In this document: positions 12,465 through 25,347 of the stretch, in pieces
Numbering within the stretch: position 1 is the first letter of the stretch
How the letters are laid out: each line of letters begins with the position of its first letter
NCBI GenBank assembly: GCA_903813345.2
Contig: CAIIXF020000001.1
Span: 28,458,001-28,522,000, forward strand
DNA from: Owenia fusiformis
Lineage: Eukaryota
Direction: 5' to 3'
DNA length: 64,000 nucleotides
Notes under the pieces: model-generated
The model's input: only the letters and a program-made list of their open reading frames with translations
Database searches by the model: none
What the model was told of the DNA's origin: nothing
Position numbers and translations under genes: made by a program

Positions 12465-14741
12465 TTAACGAAACTATAAAGTTGAAATATGGGGTAAAAT
12501 CGTTACCGTCCATATCGACTCCAATTGATTGTGTATGGAGATTCAGGACGTCAACTCAGAAAATCCGAATGCACCGTCATAGATTGTGTTATGCATGAAT
12601 AAATTGCTGATGTTTTATTGAAATGTTATCTGAAGATTTTTTCAAAGAAAAAAGAAAGTGATTTTTGTGAACCCCCATTGGAATATACAGTAGTCAAGCT
12701 AGCCACCACCAAGCCTAAAACTAGTTATTACGTTACCGACCTGTGATACTACCATATTATTCTAAATCCCGATCATGAGATATCACCATAACTGGAAAAT
12801 AGATGGCATGGGCGATATGTTAAACTAGTACACAGGCATATCTTTGAAGTCATCAAAATAGAAGAGGTGTTGAAAAGGAACCTTGAATTTACATTTTAAC
12901 CATTATGGATATCTTTCCGCCATTATAAAAATAACTTAATAATGTCAATAAGGTTAATTGACATGTGTACATAGACGTTGTAGATTACACCTCCATATAG
13001 GTCTGTAAATATACATAGCATATCTTTCTCTTTCACTTGCTCTGACACTTATATTTGATTAAGATCATTTGATAGGAGGGGTGACAATGATGGTCACTTT
13101 GTACCTGCGTACCTGCTCTAATGCCCATACATGATCAGTGGTATGTCTACTGTCACTATAAAGACATTGTTAGCTGTGAAAAAAATTCGCAAAATTCTGA
13201 AAATCTGAGATTTACTCGATCTCTAAACCTTATGCAAATCATCATGGTATTTATTGACTGGCAACAACCAAAGAGAAACAAAATACACGGTTTGTCCCAG
13301 GTAAAGAGAGTGAAGGTGACGGCGGGGGGGGGGGGGGGGTGGATACAGTCTTTGAGCAAGACTAAATCATGGCCTTCTATTACACTTTACTCATTTTAAT
13401 CTTGCACATAATAGAAGTATTCCAGGTGAACCTGCAATCATGTTAGTGGCTGTCATATCAGGCGAAGGGTATCCCTCCCAATTACCCTTTCTACCATTAC
13501 GAGTCTGAACATAGGGAATCGAAGATATCTCTTGAAAGCCCATTGTTTTACATAATCCGCAGTACAATTTTCCATGCGAAAAACGTAAACTCATAATTAC
13601 TGTTTATACAGTACTATAATTTACATAAAAATCTCACATAGAAAGCTTGATAACAGATGGCGGATGGCAAGCACATCTAATCATCCATCCATACTGATTG
13701 TGCCAACTACCCTTTCACAAACAACTTTTGCAGTTTGCCCTTCTTATCGAGAATAATTTCATGCAATCCTGACTTTTTAATTAGTCAATTGTGCTATATA
13801 ACAACTGACGATGTCTGCTTTGGAACATCTCACTATTTTTGCGGCCGATGATCATCAAAACTGTCGGAAGCTGGTACCTCAGAAGGTAAGGAAGGCCTTG
13901 TTATATTTTTCTCTAAATAAGGGCTAATCTGATATGAAGTTGCTATTTCAAATAATTCACACGTAAGATTCTCATGAGAAGGTATTTCTCGGTCATCATT
14001 CAACAGTCATCTTCTACATGTATCTTTCTTCATAGAATCTCATGTTTTTGATGTCACTACGATTTCACGAAGGTGAGATTTCTGGAAATTGTTTTTTTCG
14101 AACTCTTCATTCGAAACTTGTAATATTCCTTAAAAGGCGTCTTCATTAAATTGAAAAAAAATTGATACTCAATCCTCATATAACATCAGAAATAGTTCAT
14201 AGAACATAGAACATTCAGTCTCAAATGATGTGGGATAGATGAAATCCAGTCTCGAAGTCCATAGGCAATTCAAAGGATCAACATCTATTCGCAAAGCCGT
14301 CACCAATCCATAAAACACAATAATTCACAATGGTCATTAGGAGAAAACTATGGTTAGTTTCGATCCCTATATTTTTCAATCATTAATGCCATAGCCGGGC
14401 ATAGCATATAAAGTTATTTAGATTCAAAGTGCAAAAATGAAAATGGTAACCATATTTATAGACACATGATTGCATTAATGTAAAAATCGTTACTTTTCCT
14501 CAAATAAAGTGACAATAGGCATGTCAAGGAATGATAATTATGAGCCCAGATATCCTCTAAAATTGAAAAAATGTTCGCCAAGATCATGATGATGATTTTT
14601 ATGAATACTTGCTAGATCTGATTCTGTCTTTAATCATCCTCACTCTCAAGATGCTCATTGATGTTTTTGTTGCCTTTAACGTGTTATCTGAATGGATATT
14701 ACCAATTACCATGTGCATTATATCGATGCCATTTTAGAGTC

Positions 14742-17700
14742 ATGTTGATGCTTCTGGTCACTCTGGTAGCTGCGTGTGCAGTGGTGAAAGGTAAATAAAT
14801 TAAAATCAATAAATTATTAAATATTTGATATTTTAGGGAATTACATATCCGGCCCAAACATGAGTGAACAACAAATTGTATACAATCTTATATTAAAATG
14901 TTCATAACTGTCTCACAATCAAGCAAAACTTGGGGCTCATCGACTTAATTTTTATCTAAGAATATAGTAGTAGCTTGAACAAATGAATCTACATTTACCG
15001 TCAGACTTATATAGCTCTTTATTCTTTTTATCGAACCGTTTGTTATTATTTGTTTCTGATAAAATAAGATTTGCGTATTCTTTTTCCAGGGCAAACCACA
15101 GGGACATGCCCTAGCGTTGTAGGTTTTCCCAAGAATGGCGGGGGAGAGGTGAAGTCGTTGCCTGACACTGGTGGAAATTGGGCAAATCTTATGACTGATA
15201 ATGTTTTCCCGTGTAATGGTGTCGTGAAATCATGGACATATTATAGGTATTAATAAAATGAGAACAACGCTCATTATACTAATACTACATATGTGCTATG
15301 ATATGTTAAAGGCAGAGTAGAATGAATGGTTTATGTGAAGGATACATAAAATGTCGCACCACTAGACTCACCTAAAGAAATGACTAGATACGTTATGATA
15401 TTTAAAGTGTCCCACCTCCTTTCATTTAATTGCAGAACAATAACTGATTTAATATGGCCCTCAGTGATATGATATGTTTTGCTAATACTTTCCTCCTCAG
15501 GAACAACCCTACCGATGCTGCCTTTGTGTCTGTATGGAGAATCGTACAAAATGGCGTATTCAAGCTTATCTTTAAAACAGAATTGCCAGCAACTACCGTT
15601 GGAAAGCATACAGTTCCCGTCAGTCCTGAGGTATTTACACATATTTATATACAATGCACTCCAACAGCAATCGAAAGGTCTCGTTTTAGGTATTTGAGTA
15701 TGTTCAAAAAGAGAGGCTCGGCATTCTCCGTCAGATTGAATCGGCAAAATTCGGTTGTATGGCTTAACTTCGGCTGCATGACCAACCTCGATTGAATGGA
15801 AAAGATGCTGTCCCATTACCCTGCGTGCAGAGTCTAGTTAAACTACACTCTGCCTAGTAGAGACCATATTGCAGTTTAGTAGCCCCGCCCCCACGACAGG
15901 TACCGGTGACAGTTTGGGTAATAAACAACTTTTGACCTACACGCTGACCTTTCTTCCACCAATCAGCGAAACATGTGCCAAATGCGTTCTAATTAAATAT
16001 GCGCATGTCATTGGCTCAACGATGACGTCAGAAGGAATGACCATATATAGAACGTCGGTCAATTTTGGCCGACGAACACTGATTGGCGCGGTGAGTTCAC
16101 AGGTTTATTTTAGTTTGAAAGAGTGAAGACGAAGCTCTCTTTTAAGAAGTGAAGTCAAACGAATGCAAAGGGTACTGTCCCATTTGAGTATATATTCAAA
16201 AATTGATATGGCATATTGTATTGCATGTTTTAGTTGTCATATGTACCATGTGTACAATATGTGTTTGTTCTAATTTAGGCGCCCGTACAGAAGGGAGACT
16301 TTATAGGAATCCATTTCTCGAGGAGTGCTTCTAAATGTGGAGTGGCAAATGCTAATTTATATCAGGGAGAACATCCTGAACTATTATTAGAAGATTATTT
16401 CTTTACGTTGAACGTAGGGGTAAGATCTTTATTTGGAAAATACATAAATGCGTGTGACACGTTTTTCATTGTATTTTTATTTCAGATATCGTTAAAACTG
16501 CCTTTTCAGGTGTAAACTCTAATAAACAGGGTCCCATGTTTATGAAATTCATGTCATATAATTTTTTTCTTGATTGTAGTTCTATGATGACCAATTTACG
16601 GTTGGTGCGGAGTTTAACTTTGCTCCAAATAATCAGATGAATTTCGTAAAAAGAACATATGCAATACAAGCGGAATTTGAAGGAGGTATTGTATATAATC
16701 AGAGTATTCCTAAGCATCCTTTTCAATAATGGACGGTTCAGAATAATGATTATTTATCATGCAAAATCACTATTTTGACTATTTTAGACGACGCCACTGC
16801 AAGTCAAGATCCTATATTTGACAATGCAAAATGTCACACCCTTGATGCTGTCCCTGTAAACGCGCTTATGAAGGAGTTACCACAAAGCGGGGATAACTGG
16901 GCAAACCTACAGGTGCCCGGTTTTTCTTTTCTTAGATTTCTTTGTTAATCAAACTGATGTAAATAAGAATCAAATGCCTCAGTCACATTTGATCTACGGC
17001 AACCGTATACGGCGGCTGTAGCTTCTCAAAATCGAGAGAAATATCCAGCATAAAACATAGGGATAAACAGTACAGTGTACTATGTATGTAGATTTTGTGT
17101 ATATCAACTTTGTAAAGCTACGGCCGCCGCACGCCCACCGTATAGCAGATGTGACATAGGCTTTATTGAAAACTCTCACACTTCTCAAATCTCATTCTTG
17201 TGAGTGTTTGTACCTTTTAAGAAAAATGTTCTTGTAAACGCTAAAATAGAAAAACGACTTTCAGATAAAATTTCTTATACCCCACGTCCCGTCTCACATT
17301 TTGTCGTCATCTCTATTCTACTGCCTTTAAGGTAGGAGATATCTTTCCGTGTGATGGTGTGGTTACTGGATATGAATACTACCGCCATCCTGGCTCAAAA
17401 GGCACGGCATTCGTTGGCATTTGGGAATATAGCGGTCCAGGAAAATACGAATATACTCTTAAGCACAAAACTGCCTTACCTTGGGACGCTTCACAAGGAG
17501 AACAAGGAGGACTTGTCAAAGTTTCGATACCGCAAGAGGCTTATGTAAGAAGGATAGCAATGTTGACAAAAATATTAAATTTATTTTTGAAATTATTTTG
17601 ATCAAACTGTTCGTCCTACTCCACACAATTAACATTACGGTTTATTTTGAAATGTTTCCAAACAAAATTTTAGCTCAGGGTGAATCAACTGGATGTTTTG

Positions 17701-19949
17701 GGAGTGTTCTACTCAAAAGATGATCCAGTTGGTGTCATATCGAATGCAAATCCTTGGCAAGCTGCGACGGATAATATTTCTTATACTACGATGTATGACA
17801 CCCTTAATATCAAGTCGTAAGTGACATTCTCGATCTAGTTGGTTATCTTTTATTCATTTTAAAAGCTTATATCCTCAAAACATATATAGTTTGTAAAATA
17901 TAGTGACATGCGGCAAATATTATATTTGTAAATACTAGCCACGTTTAAATTTTAAGTATCCATTTTATTACATTTTTAGGTACGATGAAGACTTCAAAGT
18001 AGGAGGAGCGTATGATTGGGATCAACCTTCCTTGTGGATTGTGCCTAGATTATATGCACTTAAAGCTTTATTTAAAGAAGGTGAGTGTTGGTTGTTGAAA
18101 AATGTTTCTGATTTGGATGGCATTGACCATGGCTCCAGTTAGTTATATTACGCATTCTCTTCAATTAAATCAGTCTATTTCCTCAACTATTTACAAAATC
18201 ATACTTTGCACAATTTCATGTACACTTTTTATAATATTTCACAAATCATTGTAAATACCATTATGTGGCACCTAAGACTCCCTCTTGGGGGGTCATTGCC
18301 ACTGCAACCTGGAAATATGTTACAATGATTTTAATTTAAAATAAGTTTCACCTAGGATGACCATCGATGGGATTCGATTTAAATAACATAATATACATGT
18401 ACAGGGTGTTTCATAATGACCGTCCCCCCCATCCACAGCCAATCCTAGATCACGTGGCCCATAATCTATATACCATAGTAAAGGTTATTCAATTCTGGAC
18501 TTATGTGCCCAATTTTAGCATGACTGGTCAATGAGAAGATAATTTGTAAACTTATGTTTGATAATCACAATACCCTCAATGTGTGTGATTTATGGCTACC
18601 ATTTCTAATGGATTTGAAGAGAGGAGCACATTGCTATATAATCCATTGAATCGCAAAGAGCTCTCTGGGTATTTCTTTGAAGTATTCTATACTTTTGTCT
18701 TTTAAATATCATTGGGATATATCCTCAGCATCCATCAAATGTTATAAGTTGTACATCACTATAGATAATAGTGTATTGAGGCATGGTTACCATAGCTGTT
18801 TGCATGGTACATGGCTAATTTTGAAAAAAAGTAGATATCAGATTCTATGCTTAAGGTAAAATGGGTACCTTTTTTAAAGGTATGTACCAAGTTGTAAAGA
18901 TTGTTGAGCTTATTCAAAGTTCTTTTAATTAGTCCAGAATTAAACAAGCTTTCGTATGATATATAACATATGCTGGTATGCTATTTGGGATTGATGGTTG
19001 ATGGGGGACGGTCATTATGAAACACCCTGTATAATCGTTCAATATTGTATGATTTAATAAACCGCAATAGACAATCAATCACTGCAATCGACACAATATT
19101 TAGAAATGAGACCGCAAATACAATTTCATATACAGGGTGTTCATAAGTAATTACACTAGGTCGCCCAATTTTGGTCTTCAGCCAATCGTTCAAAATTTTG
19201 CACATATTATCAGGGATGTTATTATGGGAAAAATTAATAATACTTTTCACTTGTCAAGAGTAACACTTAGTATTACAACACATAGTACTTACGTTAATAT
19301 GATGTTTTAAGAATGTGGTCCAGATGTGGTATTTGCGGTTGATAACAGCTACAGTATAAATCGAGGAGTATTGAAAAACGTGACAGTGTTAATGGCAAAC
19401 ATAGTCAATCAGTTCGAAGTTGGCCCTGATGAGAGAGAAGCGCAGTTTGCAGCACTGGTATTCGACAAGACCGTCAAAGACCAGTTTTTCTTCGATACTA
19501 ACAACACGAAAGATGGAGTTTTGGACAATATTGCTGGTTTATATATTGAGTTAGACGGGAAGAGAACAAGAACAGATAGAGCTCTTAAGAAGATTAGTAA
19601 GAATTACTTGAATAAAAATGGAGATCGGCCTAACAATAAGAATTTTGTTTGTATCATAACCGATGGTGTTACATATCCAAAACGGTTTAAGTCAAAAGCT
19701 GTGGCACTGGCTAGGAAACTTGAGGGACATCCCTACAATGCAGATGTCATTGTGGTTGGCTTACCCCACAGGCGAGCTAAAGACCCTGGGACCCACTGGA
19801 ATGATCTTGCTACCGACCCCGATGAAGAACACATGTTCCTGCCACCTATTTATGAAGTTGCTGAGTTAAGCCTCGCAAAAGCCATAGCATCTAAGATAGC
19901 CTCATTTGCTTGTAATAAAAAAGCCCCAGTGGCTTGTAATGAAGAATAA
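14742..19949 (+). CDS. Secreted ~600-aa protein: signal peptide + two ~170-aa homologous domains + C-terminal VWA domain (10 coding exons)
   Basis: Phase-consistent GT-AG exons 14742-14790, 15090-15246, 15501-15630, 16279-16419, 16580-16685, 16788-16912, 17332-17544, 17674-17816, 17980-18080, 19312-19949 (1803 nt). Signal MLMLLVTLVAACAVVKG; repeats share LP..G.NWANL....FPC.GVV....YYR....AFV.[VI]W; VWA MIDAS DNSYS, TRTDRAL, IITDG. Confidence 0.8.
18402..19029. mobile_element. Tc1/mariner-type MITE in the last intron of the VWA gene
   Basis: TA|CAGGGTGTTTCATAATGACCGTCCCC ... GGGGACGGTCATTATGAAACACCCTG|TA. Confidence 0.9.
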
Positions 19950-20809
19950 TAATGATGTACGAGTATATCTCAAATACTGCATAAAATTGTACGTTCTTTT
20001 TTATTAAACCCAGATGAGGCCATCGTCCAATAAATATAAAGTCTGAGGACTATAGGCCTACATCCTTTCAACACAGGTCCTCCGGATCTGGGTTCCGAAG
20101 ATGTAGAGTCTAACCTGGAGTATATGCTCTATATATTGTGAAAGAATATATCCCTAGACAAAATATATACTTACAGGGTAATAGATACGTTATAACGCAG
20201 TGAACGAATAGATAGTCGAGTTTTAGGTCCTAGTTTTATGCTCATCTAAGTATACTGATGTCGTCAGAAAAATCGTTCTTTTTTGTTTTTTTCAATATTT
20301 TATTCAACGCATTTCCAAAGATAATTATTATAAAAATACATGTTCAGAGGACAGATACTTTTCCTCCAGACAATTCTTATTTTCTTGTTATACACGTCCC
20401 CATGGTGAATTCTTCAGCCATTGTTTCAAAACAAAATAGATTAGGATGTACCATTAATAGATGCGTGTGACAACAAAAATTATTTGAAATAAGTTCCCAA
20501 TTTTTGAATTTTCGAACAAAAACAACTTTTTAATTAAAAAATTAAAAAAAGTAAGATAAATATTTTGCAATTTCAACGCACAGATTTTTCACTAATGATT
20601 TTCAACACGTTCACGGTACAGACAAAACACCTTTTTCTGTAGATTTTTGGGGCTCCAATGCCATTTTTTTTCAAACTTTCTATTATCATTAACCTTTTTG
20701 AATGGTTTATAAAATGCACTTGCCTGCTGATTGGAACCACAGGAAATAATGTCATTGAAAAATAGAATAAGTTTATTATTAACATGCTAACGAATGCACA
20801 AGGGTGAAG

Positions 20810-22246
20810 TTATTGCCATCCATCAAGTTTATACGGTTCTAAACAATCCAACATCTTCACTAGTGCAGCTGAATCAGGAACATTATGAGTTTTGAATTGC
20901 TCCCTTATGTATTTTATCCATGGTATCCACTCCTGTCTCCATTGAGGATGAGACGCTACACTATCAGAAAGTAGTTCCAATCTGAACATGTTCCGACAGC
21001 CTGCCATGTCAATTCGACCAGCAGTATCAACCATCGGGAAGTCAACATCTGGTAGTTTGGTACCTCTGTCATCCTTTACAGAGTCTGCATTATCCCACGC
21101 ATACTTAGTGTCATATATACGATGTAGGTTAGCAACAATTTCTCTGAAGCACTTGCCAATCTTGCTGGGTTCGTCAGATTGCTCATTAAGACATTTTTCA
21201 TAGTGACGTTTCACTGCAGTTGTCAGCATGTAGGTATCCGACCTCGGTGAGAACACCTCCGTCATGAAGTACTTCAACACGAACACAATCTGCCTATGGG
21301 CATCGTCAAGTCCTTGTTTATTAGCTGGTTTCTCGCAAATTGACATTGTCCAATGAAACGCTGAATCAGAAAAGTCACAATTCGAACAATGGTCTTGACG
21401 AATAGGGTCAACAGGTACCAGGATCAGTCTTCCATTCTCAGTGTGTTTATGGTGTACACAGAGGCACAGATCGACCTCAGTTGGACAAACGGGGGCCTTG
21501 AGTAATGTCACTGTAACAGAGGGACCAGTTGTGTCTACTGAAAACTTCTCATAATCATCTTTCCCGTTTATGTATTCAAGACATCTCATCACAGCCTTCT
21601 GGAAAACAACATAGACGTAAATACTAATTGAACCGGTCTTGGGATCGATCACTGGCAGTTCTTGTGATAGTTCATCACCGAGTTCAGTGTGGAGTTCTTG
21701 AAAAATAGCAATCAAAGCATCGGTTTTCAAGGTCACTTGTCCACTCTTTGTACCATGGATGTCACGTGTGTCGTTCGTGTCGATCTTACTATCCACGGAG
21801 AGTGCCCATAACAGAAGGAAATCAAATTCGTCAGGATTCATAATCTTCAAACCTTTATAGAAGCTACCAGATTTCACCATTTGTACATCAAAAATACCAG
21901 GGTACAACTCATGTAGTGTTTTAATGACATCGTGTACGAACGCTTCTACGTATTCTCGTTGTTGCTCCACGGCAGCATCGGTGTAGTTCACCCGGATCTT
22001 CTTGGCGACAAAGTCAATAAATTTAGCTAAACTCATGTTTTCAATCTCTCGTTGTTGTTCATCTTGGGTTGGGTTATCACCACATTTAGACCCACTTGCC
22101 GCTATTTGTTTAGAGTCGTGAATCGTTGCTTTCTCATTATCAGCATCCTCACATTTGATAGCTGCTTGTAGTTTGTCATGTAAACCATCTGTCTCAGGTT
22201 CAGTGTTCTTAGATTCACACCGGAGCCCTGTAATGATATTAGTCAA
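20810..22246 (-). CDS. cGAS-like receptor / Mab-21-family nucleotidyltransferase, copy 1 (5' end probably spliced; ORF begins with TTG)
   Basis: SGSFYKGLKIMNPDEFDFLL (GS..E-x-D), TGPSVTV, EVDLCLCV (third acidic residue), helical C-lobe IVFVLKY..TYMLTTAV..IGKCF. Confidence 0.85.
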   Translation of the reverse strand: MTNIITGLRCESKNTEPETDGLHDKLQAAIKCEDADNEKATIHDSKQIAASGSKCGDNPTQDEQQREIENMSLAKFIDFVAKKIRVNYTDAAVEQQREYVEAFVHDVIKTLHELYPGIFDVQMVKSGSFYKGLKIMNPDEFDFLLLWALSVDSKIDTNDTRDIHGTKSGQVTLKTDALIAIFQELHTELGDELSQELPVIDPKTGSISIYVYVVFQKAVMRCLEYINGKDDYEKFSVDTTGPSVTVTLLKAPVCPTEVDLCLCVHHKHTENGRLILVPVDPIRQDHCSNCDFSDSAFHWTMSICEKPANKQGLDDAHRQIVFVLKYFMTEVFSPRSDTYMLTTAVKRHYEKCLNEQSDEPSKIGKCFREIVANLHRIYDTKYAWDNADSVKDDRGTKLPDVDFPMVDTAGRIDMAGCRNMFRLELLSDSVASHPQWRQEWIPWIKYIREQFKTHNVPDSAALVKMLDCLEPYKLDGWQ

Positions 22247-22310
22247 TGTAAATTAAACAGAATCGTACACTTTTTAGTGAGTCGTCTAGCTTTGCTGATT
22301 TTATGCATTA

Positions 22311-23370
22311 CAGGGTGGGCCAATAAAAACTGGAACATTTTTCTATTTATTCAATTGTCTTTATTTTTGCAAATTCAGATAATGGTAAAGTGATTATTTG
22401 TGAAAATATCTCAGAAGATAAAAATATGAATGTATGATTATTTTTGGCTTGTCATGGTCATGATCTGTATTCTGCGTGTGTCATGAAACATTTCAAAATC
22501 TTCTCTGCTTGAAACATCCTGCTGAAAACACGGTATCTTTTATACCATACAATATGTACCCTTCAATTTCCATAAATTAAAACAAATGTAATTATCTCTA
22601 GGAGAAGCAAGACATGTCTCCCTTGGGTAATATAGCTTAATTGACCTCGTTTTTTTAAAAAAAACTGGCACAAGATGTCTCAAAACCTGTCATTTAAGCC
22701 ATGTATGACTGTCAAATACAGCTCTGAAACTGATTGTTCAGGTGGGCAGAGGTTCAGGAAACCCTTGTGTTAGGTAAAAAAAATTGGAACAGTTTTCTAT
22801 CTATTGTAACATTTTTGTTGGTCATGTATTATCTTCAATGCTTTAGAAAATTGAAAAACAATTCATTGACAGCTTGTGTAAATATGAATATACAAGCTCA
22901 ACATTTAATTACTGAACATGTCCTCCACCCACCTGAACAATCAGCCGAGCTGTATTTGGCAGTCGTGAATGGCTTAAACGATATTGTGCCAGTTTTGAAA
23001 AAAACTGAGGTCAGTTAAGCTATATTATCCAAAGGAGACATGTCTAGCTTCTCCTAGAGATAACTACATTTGTTTTAATTGATAGAAATTGTGTTGAACC
23101 CATTTGAAGGGCATATATTGTATGGTATGAGATACTGTATCTTTCAGCATTGATGTCTCAAGCAGAGAAAATTTGGAAATTTTTCATGACGCACACAGTA
23201 TACAGATAATGACCGTGACAAGCCAAAAATAATCATACATACATATTTTTATCTTTAACATTTTCACAAATAATCATTTTATCATTATCTGATTTTTTGT
23301 TGACTGAACTGCAATAATAAAGAAAATTTAGTAAATAGAAAAATGTTCCAATTTTTATTGGCCCACCCTG
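22311..23370. mobile_element. Tc1/mariner-type foldback MITE
   Basis: TA|CAGGGTGGGCCAATAAAA ... TTTTATTGGCCCACCCTG|TA; inverted arms cover most of the element; absent from the paralogous site near 34950. Confidence 0.9.
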
Positions 23371-23396
23371 TACATCAATATTCAATGTATTTGATC

Positions 23397-24425
23397 CAAG
23401 GGAAAGATCAATACCCGGTGATTTCAGCGGGAAGTGGCGTTTCGTTCAGTGGATGAGCTGCGCGCGCACGCATAAATGTGATTATAAGCTTTGAACCGAG
23501 ACAAGGGAACCGAGAGATATTCACGATTGATATGCACATTTTTGATTGTGCCATTGCTTTTCCATTGCTCAATCCATGTATTGATAGAAGTAACATTAAT
23601 AATGCAGATTGGTTTACTTTCAATACATGGCAGACACTACATATCGGTCTATTAAATACCAGTTTGTGCCTTAGATAGTTTTATATTTCCATCCACGGCC
23701 TGGAGCCTGGGTGTGTTTGTCTCTTGTGTTTGTGCTTGTGCATGGACTTCTAATCACTAGCAGAATATAACATGATGCAAACTCGACATTATAACTCATG
23801 CTGTAACATTTTGACTTTGCTGGAAAACAATAGGAATTATTTTTCTTGCCAATCAATCATGAATCACAATCAAAATTTCACTATGATCAATCAGGCAATG
23901 GTCCAAATCATGAAGTTATAACATTATATGATATTCAGCAAGAAGTCCGGTAGAAATACAGAATATTTAAACATCAAAGCTGAAAGTTAAAAGCTAATCT
24001 GTCAATTTTCTGTCTGCAAAAGAGCGTTTACATTTGACACAATAACAGACTGAGTCTTTGAAATCTAGGATTCCCCAGGAAAATATGACGTCATACTAAT
24101 TAGCATAAGGATTTCCCTATTGGTATGGGTCGAGCCTTGTTCGAAAACACAATCCATAAATACATGCTAATTTCTAAGGAGATAGGAAGTGTATAACGTG
24201 TTTATCGATTTTGTTCAAAGATTTAATCAATTATCAAATTGTTTAAGTGGATAAAGTGGTAACACTTGCTTCAATTCATAGCGTAATCGACGGATAGAAA
24301 CTGACCGAATTCCCGATATCCTACCCCGTATTACTGTAGGCTATAAGCACAGTGACCTACAGAGGGCGCTATCACAAACAAGTACTGCACGAACCGATAA
24401 ATTCCCGGGTATTGTAACGCCCTTG
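23397..24425 (+). mobile_element. Non-autonomous CAAGGG-ended element with 7-bp TSD (P-superfamily-like), copy 1
   Basis: Ends CAAGGGAAAGATCAATACCCGG / CCGGGTATTGTAACGCCCTTG; TSD TTTGATC; the paralogous empty site has a single TTTGATC at 34983-34989. Confidence 0.9.
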
Positions 24426-24552
24426 TTTGATCTACTCGGCCTTCTTTAAAGAAGTATCATGTGCATGGGTTACTGTAAATGAAATAGACAAAATATCAAG
24501 GAAATGCTGAACAAATATGAATATACAGTCGTTGATATGATTTGGATAAAAC

Positions 24553-25347
24553 CTACATGGATTTTATAAATGAAAACATAGCATTGATACCATGTGATCT
24601 TTCTTTGTTCTTCGCCTGATGGATCAACTCGGTGACCAGTTTTGTTGTTCTTCTATAAGACACCAATAATCTCGCCTTTGTCATGAAAAGATCAGTTACT
24701 AAGGCAGTCGTCATATCTTCTCTTGGATGCCACATTTTTTCTATCGAGGCAATCTTCGCTAGAAGTTCGGGCCTGCGGTTACGTAAGCTTTGAAATTTGT
24801 CATCCAATCTATTAAATTGTCCCATTGCCTGTGCAAGTAACTGTTGTTTTGTTTCAGCTGATACTGTTGTATCTTTAATATCATCACGTGCTTTTGTTTC
24901 TTTTAAGGGATCCTTTTGCGCAATATCAGTGGCATTTGGGGCATCTTTCATACTCGCGTCCTTATTAGCAGATGTAATGTCGAGTAACTGTCCAATTGGA
25001 GATTCTTTTGAGAATGTTAGAAACTGTAGGTCAAGTAATAATGAAGACGATAGTTCGGAATCGAAGCCTTTGTCTTCGGCCCCATACACAGTATCTCTGA
25101 ACGACCGAACGAGATCGTAATTAAGGTCCCCGAGTTGCGCTAGTTCGTGAAGTTTGAAGTATACGTCGCTTGTCAACATGCTTCTTTGAAGATTCCTTAG
25201 CATGTTTGGAAAAATCGAATTCGCTGCCTCTTCCCGAAGGAGTTGTTTGAAATAAGTTGTATTCTTCCTTGCTATTAATGCTTTTAAAGCCTGTCGCCAT
25301 AAATCATCAATTATGGCCTTTTTGATTGTCTGTTCCACATTCTCCAT
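24553..25347 (-). CDS. Unknown helical protein (or N-terminal exon of the cGLR), copy 1
   Basis: Open frame conserved with the paralog at 35080-35889; ATG at 25347 follows a TATTTCCAG acceptor-like site; no family recognised. Confidence 0.7.
   Translation of the reverse strand: MENVEQTIKKAIIDDLWRQALKALIARKNTTYFKQLLREEAANSIFPNMLRNLQRSMLTSDVYFKLHELAQLGDLNYDLVRSFRDTVYGAEDKGFDSELSSSLLLDLQFLTFSKESPIGQLLDITSANKDASMKDAPNATDIAQKDPLKETKARDDIKDTTVSAETKQQLLAQAMGQFNRLDDKFQSLRNRRPELLAKIASIEKMWHPREDMTTALVTDLFMTKARLLVSYRRTTKLVTELIHQAKNKERSHGINAMFSFIKSM

Larger units (their letters stand above)
6982..12709. mobile_element. Kolobok-type DNA transposon (two ORFs, imperfect ~55-bp TIRs)
   Basis: Left end GGTAATGGCTAGCTTGACGACTGTGTATTTCAATGGGGTTTTACATAAATCACT; reverse complement of right end GGTGGTGGCTAGCTTGACTACTGTATATTCCAATGGGGGTTCACAAAAATCACT; encloses transposase and second ORF; no clear TSD. 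Confidence 0.75.

Noticed and set aside
15331-15816. 161-aa minus-strand ORF and other short track ORFs in introns and MITEs
   Set aside because: Antisense to a supported exon or inside non-coding repeats; no recognisable motifs
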